From Bacteroidota bacterium (GTDB taxonomy: Bacteria; Bacteroidota; Bacteroidia; Flavobacteriales; BACL11), in assembly GCA_036139835.1 (NCBI GenBank), contig JAYZYW010000066.1, forward strand, positions 1 to 47,763: DNA of 47,763 bases, given 5' to 3'. Shown here one piece after another: positions 9,987-20,094 of the stretch; the stretch's first letter is position 1; every line of letters begins with the position of its first letter. The notes under the pieces were generated by a model. That model ran no database searches, was not told where the DNA came from, and saw only the letters and a program-made list of their open reading frames with translations. Position numbers and translations under genes: made by a program.

Positions 9987-11603
9987 TTAGAAGGAAAAAT
10001 TAACTCCAAACACAGCATTAAAACCAACTTCACGATAACCTAACCAGAGAGCTTGTTTTGAATTAGTAAGATTATTAAATTGCAAATAAGCATAAAGTTG
10101 TTTTGAATAGAAATAGTACAGCCCTAAATTAGCATGAATCTGTGCTGGGAGTTCAGAAATACTAGCATCCATTACGCTTCTTTTTCCAATATAACTTATT
10201 GCAGGAGCAGCTTTTATTTTATTTCTTAAATTTATTGGAGCACTCAAATTGGCAGTAAGATTAGGTTTGTGATAAACATCTACATCCCAATTAAAGTAAT
10301 CAGCATTTACATTTAAGCCAAGAATCTCATTGATCTTTCTAGAATAATTAGCACTCACATGTAATTGCTTTACATCAAGGTAAGCAACTTGAAACCGATC
10401 ATAGATATGGTGATCAACGCTAATAAAATGAGCAATATTTTGAACTATTCCGTAAGCAATACCTCCTTCAATAACCTCCCCTTTTGCCAATACATTTCGC
10501 ATGCCTAAATACAGTTCTTGGACATCAGTATTTTCTAAGCTTTGAAGGAAACTACTGTCACCTAAAATAGATTGATTGATTCCAAAAGAATGAATATACG
10601 GATTCTCATCAGATAACGATTTAAGCGTATGTTTTTGCTCACTGTGACCCAATCCTCCATAAATTAATAAAACATCTTTTACAAGCTCCTTAGTGGCCTT
10701 AATCTTCGGGAAAAAGCCAATTGAAGAATCATCAGAAACAAAATCAAAATCAAATCCTAAATCAAAATAGACACCATATTTTACAAAACTAGTATTAGGA
10801 GAAAGAGAAATTATCTTTAGGTCTGTATTCTTAACTTTTGAATCCGAATTATTATACCGTAAATAGTTGTCAAATTCAATTGTTAAGCTATATGCTAATC
10901 CATTTATTGTTTTACTCAAATTAGATCCTAAATGAATTTGATTTTCTGAAAGCTCATTTAAATCAGAAATAAAGAAAGTGGTATGATGTTTTAGTTGCTG
11001 TTCAGAAGTTTCTTTTGAAATAGCAGAAAAAGAAAGTTTCGTATAGGCAAAACGATTTCTAAAAAACCTATCTGCTTCTAAATTAATCTTCTGATCATAA
11101 TACAAAGTCGTTCTTCTGTCATAATCCAAATTCGCCAATAAAATATAAGAAGAACTAATTTTTTTTACATACAAATGCATGATATTTTTACTGTTTTTTG
11201 CTACAGAATATTTATTAGCAAAATGATTTGCAATAATTCCATAACTCAAAGTTGTGGAGCGCTTACTATTATGCACAACATTTGCTTTAGTCGTCAAAGC
11301 ACTTCCGAAACCCAATCCAGCTTTTGTGCCATATAGCTTAGGAATTTTATCATCTTTAACTTGTGCTACTGCCAATGGTTTGGTTTTATAATCTGATTTT
11401 AGATTAGCATTAAGCACCTCATAAATCTGGGTTCTATCTTTTTTCATAGTATCCGCAAAAGTTGCATTTTCATTTAGTCTACTAGCTTCAGGGATTGCAG
11501 GCTTAAATCCCTCCACAATCTTTACTTCTGTGGTGCCAATATCTTGTGCAAAAACAGAACTAGCGCTTACTAGAATTATTAAAACTAGTTTATTCAAATT
11601 CAT
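9987..11603 (-). CDS. outer-membrane beta-barrel protein (TonB-dependent-receptor-like, atypical)
   Basis: Signal peptide, alternating aromatic beta-strands, FNNLTN motif, C-terminal GVNFSF; overlaps the TPR gene by 14 bp. Confidence 0.75.
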   Translation of the reverse strand: MNLNKLVLIILVSASSVFAQDIGTTEVKIVEGFKPAIPEASRLNENATFADTMKKDRTQIYEVLNANLKSDYKTKPLAVAQVKDDKIPKLYGTKAGLGFGSALTTKANVVHNSKRSTTLSYGIIANHFANKYSVAKNSKNIMHLYVKKISSSYILLANLDYDRRTTLYYDQKINLEADRFFRNRFAYTKLSFSAISKETSEQQLKHHTTFFISDLNELSENQIHLGSNLSKTINGLAYSLTIEFDNYLRYNNSDSKVKNTDLKIISLSPNTSFVKYGVYFDLGFDFDFVSDDSSIGFFPKIKATKELVKDVLLIYGGLGHSEQKHTLKSLSDENPYIHSFGINQSILGDSSFLQSLENTDVQELYLGMRNVLAKGEVIEGGIAYGIVQNIAHFISVDHHIYDRFQVAYLDVKQLHVSANYSRKINEILGLNVNADYFNWDVDVYHKPNLTANLSAPINLRNKIKAAPAISYIGKRSVMDASISELPAQIHANLGLYYFYSKQLYAYLQFNNLTNSKQALWLGYREVGFNAVFGVNFSF

Positions 11604-14600
11604 CTTCTAAAGTATTTTTATTAATTATTTCCAAGCTATCTATCTCAATTAGAATCGTATCGGGAATAGGTACAATATAATTTTCATCAATTTCTTGTAC
11701 TACATATTCAAAATTATCTTCTGATATTTCAATAAAGAATTGTTCCTCCATTTTATCAACAACTATTTCTTTTTCACTTTCAACTATAAGTTCCCATTTT
11801 TCCCTAGCAACATTAACTAACCCTTCATCATCATGATTATCAATAATACTTTCTAAAGTAGCTTTTGCCTGAAAAAGATTGGCCTGTGCTACATAAATAT
11901 CTGCAAGTAGAATAAATGCTTTTGCGATAAAGTGATCACTACTATAATCCTCTGCAAGTGCAAAAATTAGCTGTTCTGCTAGAACTAAATCATCATCTAA
12001 ATAGGTGAGATATGCTAAATAATATTTTGCCTCCGCTCCTTCATCATAGGCTGACAAGTTAGTTACTTTCTCAAATGATGATTTTGATTTTGCATAATTA
12101 CCTGACTCAAACTCCTCCCTTGCAATAATTATATAAGCTTTACTAAGTAGCCAATTGTCTGTTTTATCAAGTTCTATTACTTGTTTTGCATATTTTAAAG
12201 CAACTATTTGATCAGTATGCTCATTGCCTGTCATAAGCCTTATAACAACTTCTCTTTTTATTGAATTTGAAGAGGCAAATTTCAATAATTTAGCATAATA
12301 TATGTTTGATGTTTCATAATCACCTACATGATAACTTCTTCTAGCTAAAAATATTAAGGCATCTTCTTGATGAGAAGAAGAGCTACTTTCTAGCACTTTT
12401 TCATAATTAAGCACCGCACTTGTTGTGTCTCCAATTTTTAATGAACTAATTGCATTATAATAAGTAGCATCATCTATAAAAATACCACTTTCAAACCTTT
12501 GCAAATATTTATCAAAAGCATTTTTTGCAACCTCATAATCCATTTCAGAAAACTTCATAAAAGCAGTACTGTAAGTTAATGAATCTTGCTCTGCTTTAGT
12601 AATACTTACTTCTGGTAATGATTCAATAACCGCTAAATACTCCTCAATTTTTCCAATAGAGGCATAAGCGGATTGCAAACCAGACAGCGCTTCTTTAAAA
12701 TATTTTATTTGCTGGTAATTATTAACAACAAACAAAAACTGATCAATAGCAACTTCAACCTTACCACTATTAAAATCAATCATCCCCTTACTTAAGTAAG
12801 CATCTGCTACTAAATTATCATCATTACTAAAAGAAATTAAATCATCATAATACTTATTTGCTAAAACATAATTTGATGTGTTTTTATAATGTTTTGCTAA
12901 ATCATAAAGGGAATTATCATAATAAGATGAGTTAGCAAAATCTGCAACAATTTGTTTTAAGAGCTCCACTTTTAAAGTGTTTTTTCCAATTAAACCCAAT
13001 GAAACAGAGTGTTGATATAGGGCATAATCAGTATCAAAAAGATTGCATTTAACTGCTTTATCATAATATTTAGCTGACAAGGGAAAATCACTCCTCATAA
13101 AATAGCCATCTGCAATTCTTAAGTAAGTATCGTTAATCTTCATGCTATCAGAAGCAACTTTTTCATAAGAACGAAACCACCTTACTGCATTTAGATAATC
13201 TTGTTTTTGAAAATAGGAATATGCTAAATTATATTTTCTCAAATTCTCATAATCAGCAAGACTTTCATTTCCAGAAGCAGATATGCCATTATATCCATCA
13301 ATTGCTTTCTCATAATCACTTAACTGAAAATGACAATCAGCTAGCCAAAAATTTAACAAATAAGAATAAGTATCATTTATAGGATAGTTATTAGCATTAG
13401 TAAAATAAGAAATTGCTTTTTTAAAATTCTGCTGATTAAACTCTTTAACACCCAAGAAAAAAGCTAACTGTTGCAATGCTTTTTGCTGATCAAAACTCGG
13501 CAAATGAATATCTTTTAAAACTGTATAAGCTTCAGAATATTGACTTGTAGCTTGCAATGTTTGAACCATTAATGTTTTAATTTGTTGTATATGCACAGGA
13601 TGATTAAAAGTTTCTAAATAAGTATTTAATGTTTGTAGCGTATTATCAAAAGGAAGCTCCAGCTGATAAGATAACTTTGCATAACTATAATAAGCATCCT
13701 CTTGTAACTTCTTATTATAATCAAAACTTGCTGATTTTTTAAATGCCTGCAAAGCATAATTATAGTGTTCTAGTTCCAAATAACTTGAACCAAGATAATA
13801 AAAGGAATACTGCATAATGCTATCTGCAGCATTTGAAACATATTCCAAATTAGAAATAGCATTTTCATAATTTGCTAATTTAAAATAAGAATATCCTAAT
13901 AAGAAATATACTAACGAACTTTTCTCTTTTTCTTCAGCAATAAATACTTCAAAATAATTTACAGCATTTGCAAAATTATCAGTTCGATAATAGGCCTCAG
14001 CCAACAATCTATTTATTTCAGATTTTCTACTAGCTATAACATCCTCTGATAATGGTTTCGCAAATACTATTAATTTCCGATATTCTTTTTGATAAAAATA
14101 AATTTGACTAATGTAATACGGTACAATTGTCCCAAATTTTTCGTCATTTAAAAGTTTTTTAAAACTCTCCAAAGCAGACTTATACAAACCTCTTTCATAT
14201 GCAATAAATGCATAATAATATTGTGAAGCTGAAGCAAATTTACTATCGGTGTTCATTATTTTTGAAAAATACAACTGAGCGTCTTCTAAAGAATCAATAC
14301 TAAAATAAGCATAAGCCAATTTAAATAATTGTTCATTTGAAAGATCCTTTACTTTTAAGAATGAAGTAATGGCATAAGCATACTGCTTCTCTCTATAATA
14401 AATGAGTGCTAAATCTTTATTTACCTCATCTTTAAACTCATGATAGGGGAAACCCTCATTAAGCTCATTGTAAAGTACAATAGCATCAGAAAAAAAAAGT
14501 TCTTTTGAGCATCTAGCATTTAAATACATAATCTCAGCAGTAGTGCCATGAGTAATAGAAAGTTGATTTAAAATAGATTGAGAAGCGCTATATTTACCAT

Positions 14601-14706
14601 CATCAAATAAAGTTTTAGCGTGAGAAAGCAGATCATCTTGAGCGAATAATGTCCCTGTTACAAATACAAAAAGAAATAAACAAATTTGTTTTTTCATATT
14701 TTCCAT
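11590..14706 (-). CDS. large exported tetratricopeptide-repeat protein
   Basis: Signal peptide MKKQICLFLFVFVTGTLFAQ; many LAxxYF/YYLG/AxxxF TPR units; acidic tail; start probably ATG 14706 or 14697. Confidence 0.9.
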   Translation of the reverse strand: MENMKKQICLFLFVFVTGTLFAQDDLLSHAKTLFDDGKYSASQSILNQLSITHGTTAEIMYLNARCSKELFFSDAIVLYNELNEGFPYHEFKDEVNKDLALIYYREKQYAYAITSFLKVKDLSNEQLFKLAYAYFSIDSLEDAQLYFSKIMNTDSKFASASQYYYAFIAYERGLYKSALESFKKLLNDEKFGTIVPYYISQIYFYQKEYRKLIVFAKPLSEDVIASRKSEINRLLAEAYYRTDNFANAVNYFEVFIAEEKEKSSLVYFLLGYSYFKLANYENAISNLEYVSNAADSIMQYSFYYLGSSYLELEHYNYALQAFKKSASFDYNKKLQEDAYYSYAKLSYQLELPFDNTLQTLNTYLETFNHPVHIQQIKTLMVQTLQATSQYSEAYTVLKDIHLPSFDQQKALQQLAFFLGVKEFNQQNFKKAISYFTNANNYPINDTYSYLLNFWLADCHFQLSDYEKAIDGYNGISASGNESLADYENLRKYNLAYSYFQKQDYLNAVRWFRSYEKVASDSMKINDTYLRIADGYFMRSDFPLSAKYYDKAVKCNLFDTDYALYQHSVSLGLIGKNTLKVELLKQIVADFANSSYYDNSLYDLAKHYKNTSNYVLANKYYDDLISFSNDDNLVADAYLSKGMIDFNSGKVEVAIDQFLFVVNNYQQIKYFKEALSGLQSAYASIGKIEEYLAVIESLPEVSITKAEQDSLTYSTAFMKFSEMDYEVAKNAFDKYLQRFESGIFIDDATYYNAISSLKIGDTTSAVLNYEKVLESSSSSHQEDALIFLARRSYHVGDYETSNIYYAKLLKFASSNSIKREVVIRLMTGNEHTDQIVALKYAKQVIELDKTDNWLLSKAYIIIAREEFESGNYAKSKSSFEKVTNLSAYDEGAEAKYYLAYLTYLDDDLVLAEQLIFALAEDYSSDHFIAKAFILLADIYVAQANLFQAKATLESIIDNHDDEGLVNVAREKWELIVESEKEIVVDKMEEQFFIEISEDNFEYVVQEIDENYIVPIPDTILIEIDSLEIINKNTLEDEFE

Positions 14707-14835
14707 AATAAAGCTTAAAAGTAGTGAATAAACAAAATGCCATAAAACAGAACATCTGAAGTTGTGAACACAATTATTTAACAATTATTGCTGTAATTTA
14801 GCGTTTTAGAGATAATAAATTTTTTAATTTGCTTA

Positions 14836-15051
14836 GTGTTATACATTCTAAAAATAAAAGGGACGAATAAAATCCCTGACTTTGTACAAATCAGAGATGC
14901 AGAAATGATTTTAGTAGCATACTTCAGATTAAGTCAAATTAACCAAGGGCTGAAGAAAAACGGATTAAAAAAAGACACAGAAGGAATTACAACTTTGTTA
15001 AAAGAGATGCCTTATGGTAAAATTTATAAATATTTTAACAAAAATGAATAA
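14836..15051 (+). CDS. small hypothetical protein (YILKIKGxxKIPDFVQIRD motif), probably a conserved Bacteroidota family
   Basis: GTG start 4 nt after TTAATTTG; stop overlaps the probable ftsE-like start; recalled similarity to small ORFs preceding Bacteroidota ftsE-like genes. Confidence 0.65.
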   Translation: MLYILKIKGTNKIPDFVQIRDAEMILVAYFRLSQINQGLKKNGLKKDTEGITTLLKEMPYGKIYKYFNKNE

Positions 15052-15727
15052 TCCAATAATAAATATTGAAGGTGTTAATATACACCAAATGAACCACCAA
15101 GTTTTTAGTAATATCACCCTCAAAATTAAAAAAGGAGAATTCCTTTACCTGATTGGAAATACTGGAAGTGGAAAAAGTTCACTTTTAAAAGCTTTATATG
15201 CTGAAATAAAAGTATCGGCTGGAAACATCTCGGTTGCTGATATTGAGCTAACAAAAATAAAACACAAAGAAGTCCCTACACTCAGAAGAAAGCTAGGAAT
15301 AGTATTTCAAGATTTTCAATTACTAACTGACAGAACTGTTGCTGATAATTTAGAATTTGTACTAAAAGCAACAGGATGGGGAAACAAAATTGAAATATCC
15401 AAAAGGATAGATGAAGTATTGAATAGTGTACATTTAAATGGAGTAAAAGAAAAAATGCCACACGAACTATCTGGAGGCGAACAACAAAGGGCCTCAATTG
15501 CTAGGGCATTATTAAATCATCCTGAAATTATTTTAGCGGATGAACCAACTGGCAATCTTGACCCTGAAAAATCAGCAAAAATTATTGAACTTTTGAAAGA
15601 AATAAATGCAAAAGGGACTACAATATTAATAGCAACACATGATTACTTAATAATAAAAAAATACCAAGCACGAACAATAAAATGTGCTGACCAAAAAGTA
15701 ACTGAAGTAGATCCACAAACACTTTAA
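15044..15727 (+). CDS. ftsE: FtsE-like ABC ATPase
   Basis: GNTGSGKS Walker A, LRRKLGIVFQDFQLL, LSGGEQQR, ADEPTGNLDP, ATHD; start placed at ATG 15044. Confidence 0.8.
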   Translation: MNNPIINIEGVNIHQMNHQVFSNITLKIKKGEFLYLIGNTGSGKSSLLKALYAEIKVSAGNISVADIELTKIKHKEVPTLRRKLGIVFQDFQLLTDRTVADNLEFVLKATGWGNKIEISKRIDEVLNSVHLNGVKEKMPHELSGGEQQRASIARALLNHPEIILADEPTGNLDPEKSAKIIELLKEINAKGTTILIATHDYLIIKKYQARTIKCADQKVTEVDPQTL

Positions 15728-15728
15728 A

Positions 15729-16745
15729 ATGCCTAACTTTAAAGAAAATTATTGCTTAAAAAAGCACAATACCTTTTCGATAAATGCTAAAGCAAGATAC
15801 TTTGCGGAATTTGATTCTGCAGCGGAATTAAAAGACATCCTAGATTCAAAAATTTACAATAGTAATAAAACTTTTGTTTTAGGAGGAGGCTCAAACATCT
15901 TGCTTACACAAGATTTTGATGGATTAATTTTACACAACAAAATTGCAGGAATATGTATCTTAGAAGATAATGAAGAATTTGCAATTGTAAAAGTTGGTGC
16001 TGGCATTAATTGGCATGATTTTGTACAATGGAGCATAAGTCAAGAACTATCAGGAGTAGAAAATTTAGCTTTAATCCCTGGAACAGTTGGCGCTAGCCCA
16101 GTACAAAATATTGGGGCTTACGGCATGGAAGTAAAAGATACCATAACTAAAGTTTATGCTTTTGACATTGCACAAAGAAAAAACAGAATATTTAGTAGGG
16201 AAGAATGTAAATTTGAGTACAGAAATTCTATTTTCAAAGTAACATTAAAAGATAAAATTATCATAACTAAGGTGGAGTTTAAACTTTTGAAAACACCGCT
16301 TAACAAAACCACTTATGGTGCTATTGAAGAAGAGCTAACAACCTTAAACCTTAAGCCATCACCAAAACATATTGCTGATGCAGTTATCAATATAAGAAAC
16401 AGAAAATTACCAAATCCTGCAAAACTTGGCAATAGCGGAAGTTTTTTTAAAAATCCTGTGATTTCCACAAATAAATTTGAATCATTAAAAAAAGATTTTC
16501 CAGAAATAGTCGGCCATAAAATATCAGAACTTGAAATAAAACTAGCAGCTGGATGGCTAATAGAAAATGTAGGACTTAAAGGATATAGGGATGGTGATGC
16601 GGGTGTGCATAAAAATCAAGCATTAGTACTTGTAAATTACAAGAATGCTAGCGGGAAAGACATTATCAAACTTGCAAAAAAGATACAAAACACTATTTTA
16701 GAGAAATATGGAATACAAATTGAGCCAGAAGTCAATATCTTGTAG
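15729..16745 (+). CDS. murB: UDP-N-acetylenolpyruvoylglucosamine reductase
   Basis: LGGGSNIL, IPGTVGASPVQNIGAYG, GNSGSFFKNP, HKNQALVLVN, IEPEV. Confidence 0.97.
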   Translation: MPNFKENYCLKKHNTFSINAKARYFAEFDSAAELKDILDSKIYNSNKTFVLGGGSNILLTQDFDGLILHNKIAGICILEDNEEFAIVKVGAGINWHDFVQWSISQELSGVENLALIPGTVGASPVQNIGAYGMEVKDTITKVYAFDIAQRKNRIFSREECKFEYRNSIFKVTLKDKIIITKVEFKLLKTPLNKTTYGAIEEELTTLNLKPSPKHIADAVINIRNRKLPNPAKLGNSGSFFKNPVISTNKFESLKKDFPEIVGHKISELEIKLAAGWLIENVGLKGYRDGDAGVHKNQALVLVNYKNASGKDIIKLAKKIQNTILEKYGIQIEPEVNIL

Positions 16746-18161
16746 ATGAACAGCCAAAAACTACAAGAAAAAATCAGATTACATTTTCCTTTTCAGCCAA
16801 CAAGCGAGCAAAACCAAATTATCACCAATATATCTGACTTTGTGGCGATCACAGAAAATAGCAATGTCTTCATACTTAAAGGCTATGCAGGAACAGGAAA
16901 AACTACTCTCGTTTCAATACTTGTAAAATCCTTACCAATTTTAGGAAAACGATCCGTACTGATGGCGCCAACAGGAAGAGCTGCAAAAGTACTTTCTAAG
17001 TATTCCAAAAAAGCTGCAAGTACTATTCATAAAAAAATCTATTGGATAAGAACAAACAAAAGTGGCAACACTTTTATCACACTCAAAAAAAATACACATA
17101 GTAACACTATCTTTATAGTAGATGAAGCTTCTATGATTTCTGAAAATTCTGATAGAGGATTTGGGAACCGTTCACTGCTAGAAGATTTAATTGAATATGT
17201 ATATGATGGAAATAATTGTAAATTAATCCTTATTGGTGATACAGCTCAACTGCCTCCTGTACATTTAGACATGAGCCCAGCATTGGATGAAGGAAAACTA
17301 ACAAAACACTATAAGAAACAAGTTACCTGTAATGAGCTTACTCAAGTAGTTAGACAAAAAAAAGATTCTCTCATACTTAAAAATGCTACAGATTTAAGAA
17401 CTAAAATTGCTAATAAAGATTATTCCTCTCCTAAGTTAGCCACTAATTCTGAGATTGTTCGCCTCAATACGGGGGAAGAATTACAAGAGGCCCTGGAAGC
17501 CTCTTACAGCAATGAAGGCGTGAATAGTACTACTGTGCTTTGCCGATCTAATAAAAGAGCCAACCTTTATAATCAACAGATAAGAACAAAAATTAGATGG
17601 CAAGAAAATGAAATTTCCAGTGGCGATATACTTATGGTTGTCCGCAATAATTACTTTTGGCTTGATGATAGCAGCAAGGCAGGATTTATCGCCAATGGAG
17701 ATATAGTCGAAGTAGTAAAAATAAAAGAAAGGATAGAACGCTATGGCTTCCAATTTGCAAAAGCAAATGTGCAAATGGTAGATTATCCAGAAGAAAAAGA
17801 ACTAGAAGTAATACTGCTATTAGATACTTTAATAAGCGAAAGCTCAACCATAACTTACGAGCAATACCAGCAGCTATACCAAGAAGTCGCAAAAGATTAT
17901 AAAGGAGCAAAAGAGCTCAATAAAAAGATTAAGGAAGATAAATTTTTTAATGCCCTCCAAATAAAATTTGCTTACGCCATTACTTGCCATAAATCTCAAG
18001 GGGGACAATGGAAAAATGTATTTGTTGACTTAGGCTACTTTACTGAGAATATGCTTGATAAATCTTATCTAAGATGGCTGTACACAGCGCTTACTAGAGC
18101 CACAAAAAAATTATACCTAATTAACTTTAAAGAAAACTTTTTTAATACTATAAAACAATAG
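16746..18161 (+). CDS. RecD-like SF1B helicase/ATPase
   Basis: GYAGTGKTT, APTGRAA, IVDEASM, GDTAQLPPV, VVRQ, YAITCHKSQG, YTALTRA. Confidence 0.9.
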   Translation: MNSQKLQEKIRLHFPFQPTSEQNQIITNISDFVAITENSNVFILKGYAGTGKTTLVSILVKSLPILGKRSVLMAPTGRAAKVLSKYSKKAASTIHKKIYWIRTNKSGNTFITLKKNTHSNTIFIVDEASMISENSDRGFGNRSLLEDLIEYVYDGNNCKLILIGDTAQLPPVHLDMSPALDEGKLTKHYKKQVTCNELTQVVRQKKDSLILKNATDLRTKIANKDYSSPKLATNSEIVRLNTGEELQEALEASYSNEGVNSTTVLCRSNKRANLYNQQIRTKIRWQENEISSGDILMVVRNNYFWLDDSSKAGFIANGDIVEVVKIKERIERYGFQFAKANVQMVDYPEEKELEVILLLDTLISESSTITYEQYQQLYQEVAKDYKGAKELNKKIKEDKFFNALQIKFAYAITCHKSQGGQWKNVFVDLGYFTENMLDKSYLRWLYTALTRATKKLYLINFKENFFNTIKQ

Positions 18162-18404
18162 TAGCAGAAAAATTAAAAATGTGATTTTATTTATCTCCCA
18201 AGCAATAAGAAAGTTCCCCTTAAGAGTTTCTATAATTGATGAAGTAACCCCACATCCAGAACACTCAAACCCAAAAAAGGTTTTCCACAAACATGGCAGA
18301 AGATAATCTACACCAGAAAAGACTTTTAATAATATTGAAAAGGCAAAATACAAAACGACCAATGTAATTATAACATTCTCTCTGAGGAAAGAGAAAACTT
18401 TCAT
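18117..18404 (-). CDS. DUF2752-like small membrane protein
   Basis: PCLWKTFFGFECSGCGVT motif between two hydrophobic helices; ATG overlaps the TM2 stop (TGATG). Confidence 0.8.
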   Translation of the reverse strand: MKVFSFLRENVIITLVVLYFAFSILLKVFSGVDYLLPCLWKTFFGFECSGCGVTSSIIETLKGNFLIAWEINKITFLIFLLLLFYSIKKVFFKVN

Positions 18405-18700
18405 CAAATTACTTTGATAATATTGCCGTCTGCATCTTTAAAATTACCTAATAAAAGCATCACAAAATCAATGAGCATCCAAATACCACATCCTCCTAAA
18501 GTTAAAAGTTGTATTATACCAATAATAGTATGACCGGTATAGAATCGATGCACGCCTAAAATACCAAGAAACCAACACAATAAAATTGTGATTAGTCCTC
18601 TATTATCCTTTACATCTATTGATTTATTTACTGCACAACCACAACCAACACAAACAACTGCCGCATCATCTATTTCTTTTCCGCATTTACTACAAAACAT
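18404..18700 (-). CDS. zinc-ribbon + TM2 domain membrane protein
   Basis: MFCSKCG...VCVGCG ribbon; LLCWFLGILGVHRFYTG...GGCGIWMLID TM2 signature. Confidence 0.9.
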   Translation of the reverse strand: MFCSKCGKEIDDAAVVCVGCGCAVNKSIDVKDNRGLITILLCWFLGILGVHRFYTGHTIIGIIQLLTLGGCGIWMLIDFVMLLLGNFKDADGNIIKVI

Positions 18701-18828
18701 AATATATAATTTTTAGCTTACCTACTATTTGTGGTTTCAGTTCCACAATTCTGATTCCCAATATTACAAAAAATATTTTAATCCCAAATAGCATTATTTC
18801 TATCTCCCAGCTATTAACTCTTCCCTTA

Positions 18829-20058
18829 TCAAGCCATTTGTATCCTCGCTTGTAAATTCTCATCTAAAGCATCCAAAAACTGCTCAGTAGTTACATAGTG
18901 GCTTGCATTCAACTCTTTACCATGTATACAAAGGGCCAAATCTTTTGTCATTGTGCCACTCTCTACAGTATCCACACAAACTTTTTCCAAAATATTACAG
19001 AAATCAATTAATGCTTGATTGTTGTCTAATTTTCCTCTAAAAGCCAAACCTCTTGTCCAAGCAAAAATAGACGCAATTGGATTAGTTGAAGTTGCCTCTC
19101 CTTGCTGATGTTGGCGATAATGCCTTGTTACTGTTCCGTGTGCTGCTTCTGCTTCCATTACATCCCCATCTGGAGTTAACAAAGTAGAAGTCATCAGCCC
19201 TAAGGAACCAAAACCTTGTGCCACTGTATCAGATTGGACATCCCCATCATAATTTTTACAAGCCCAAACAAATTCTCCATGCCATTTAAGTGCAGCAGCG
19301 ACCATATCATCAATTAATCTGTGTTCATAAGCTATACCAATAGCATCAAACTTTCCTTTAAATTCATTTTGATATACTTCTTCAAATATATCTTTAAATC
19401 TTCCATCATATGCTTTTAAGATTGTGTTTTTGGTAGATAAATAAAGTGGCCATTTTTTTTCATAAGCTTTATTAAAACACGAGCGAGCAAATCCATAAAT
19501 TGAATCATCAGTATTATACATACTCAAAGCAACGCCATCACCTTTATACTCATAAATATCCCAAGTTTTCGGGTCTCCATTTTCAGGTGTAAAAGTCATA
19601 GTCAACTTTCCCTGTCCTTTTATTACCGTATCAGTAGCTTTGTACTGATCCCCAAAAGCATGTCTCCCAATACAAATTGGATGTGTCCAATTTGGCACTA
19701 ATCTTGGCACATTTTTACAAATAATAGGTTCCCGAAAAACAGTACCTCCCACAATATTTCGAATAGTTCCATTTGGTGAACGCCACATTTTTTTGAGCCC
19801 AAACTCCTCTACTCTATCTTCATCAGGAGTAATAGTAGCACATTTAATTCCTACCTTATATTTTTTAATTGCTTCAGCAGAATCAATAGTTATTTGATCA
19901 TTAGTAGCATCACGACTTTCCATCCCCAAATCATAGTACTTTACTTCTAGATCAAGATATGGAAAAATAAGTTTATCCTTAATAAACTGCCAAATGATTC
20001 TTGTCATCTCATCTCCATCCAATTCTACAATTGGATTATCTACTTTTATTTTATTCAT
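18829..20058 (-). CDS. icd: NADP-dependent isocitrate dehydrogenase (eukaryote-like dimeric type)
   Basis: [56 protein letters not shown]. Confidence 0.97.
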   Translation of the reverse strand: MNKIKVDNPIVELDGDEMTRIIWQFIKDKLIFPYLDLEVKYYDLGMESRDATNDQITIDSAEAIKKYKVGIKCATITPDEDRVEEFGLKKMWRSPNGTIRNIVGGTVFREPIICKNVPRLVPNWTHPICIGRHAFGDQYKATDTVIKGQGKLTMTFTPENGDPKTWDIYEYKGDGVALSMYNTDDSIYGFARSCFNKAYEKKWPLYLSTKNTILKAYDGRFKDIFEEVYQNEFKGKFDAIGIAYEHRLIDDMVAAALKWHGEFVWACKNYDGDVQSDTVAQGFGSLGLMTSTLLTPDGDVMEAEAAHGTVTRHYRQHQQGEATSTNPIASIFAWTRGLAFRGKLDNNQALIDFCNILEKVCVDTVESGTMTKDLALCIHGKELNASHYVTTEQFLDALDENLQARIQMA

Positions 20059-20094
20059 ACTCGTTAATTTATTTTAAAATAACCAAATGCTAAC

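Noticed and set aside
14490-14498. T9 tract in the TPR gene (and a similar T9 at 44723-44731 in the MFS gene) as phase-variation sites
   Set aside because: In-frame Phe codon runs expected in AT-rich DNA; unlike dnaX there is no domain-boundary logic or precedent.
14727-14743. TGGCATTTTGTTTATT upstream of the TPR gene as a second sigma54 promoter
   Set aside because: The -24 half is present but the -12 GC is missing.
11590-14784. Longest-ORF starts in the supplied track (TPR, GlmU-like, dnaX, ftsE-like, mqnA, DUF456, purB, MFS, DUF5606-like)
   Set aside because: Extensions run through promoters, terminators or neighbouring genes, or precede the signal peptide or conserved N-terminus; downstream ATGs fit better.
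18733-18756. Minus-strand AATCAGAATTGTGGAACTGAAAC loosely resembles the 3' end of a type I CRISPR repeat
   Set aside because: Single copy, no spacers, no cas genes in the window.
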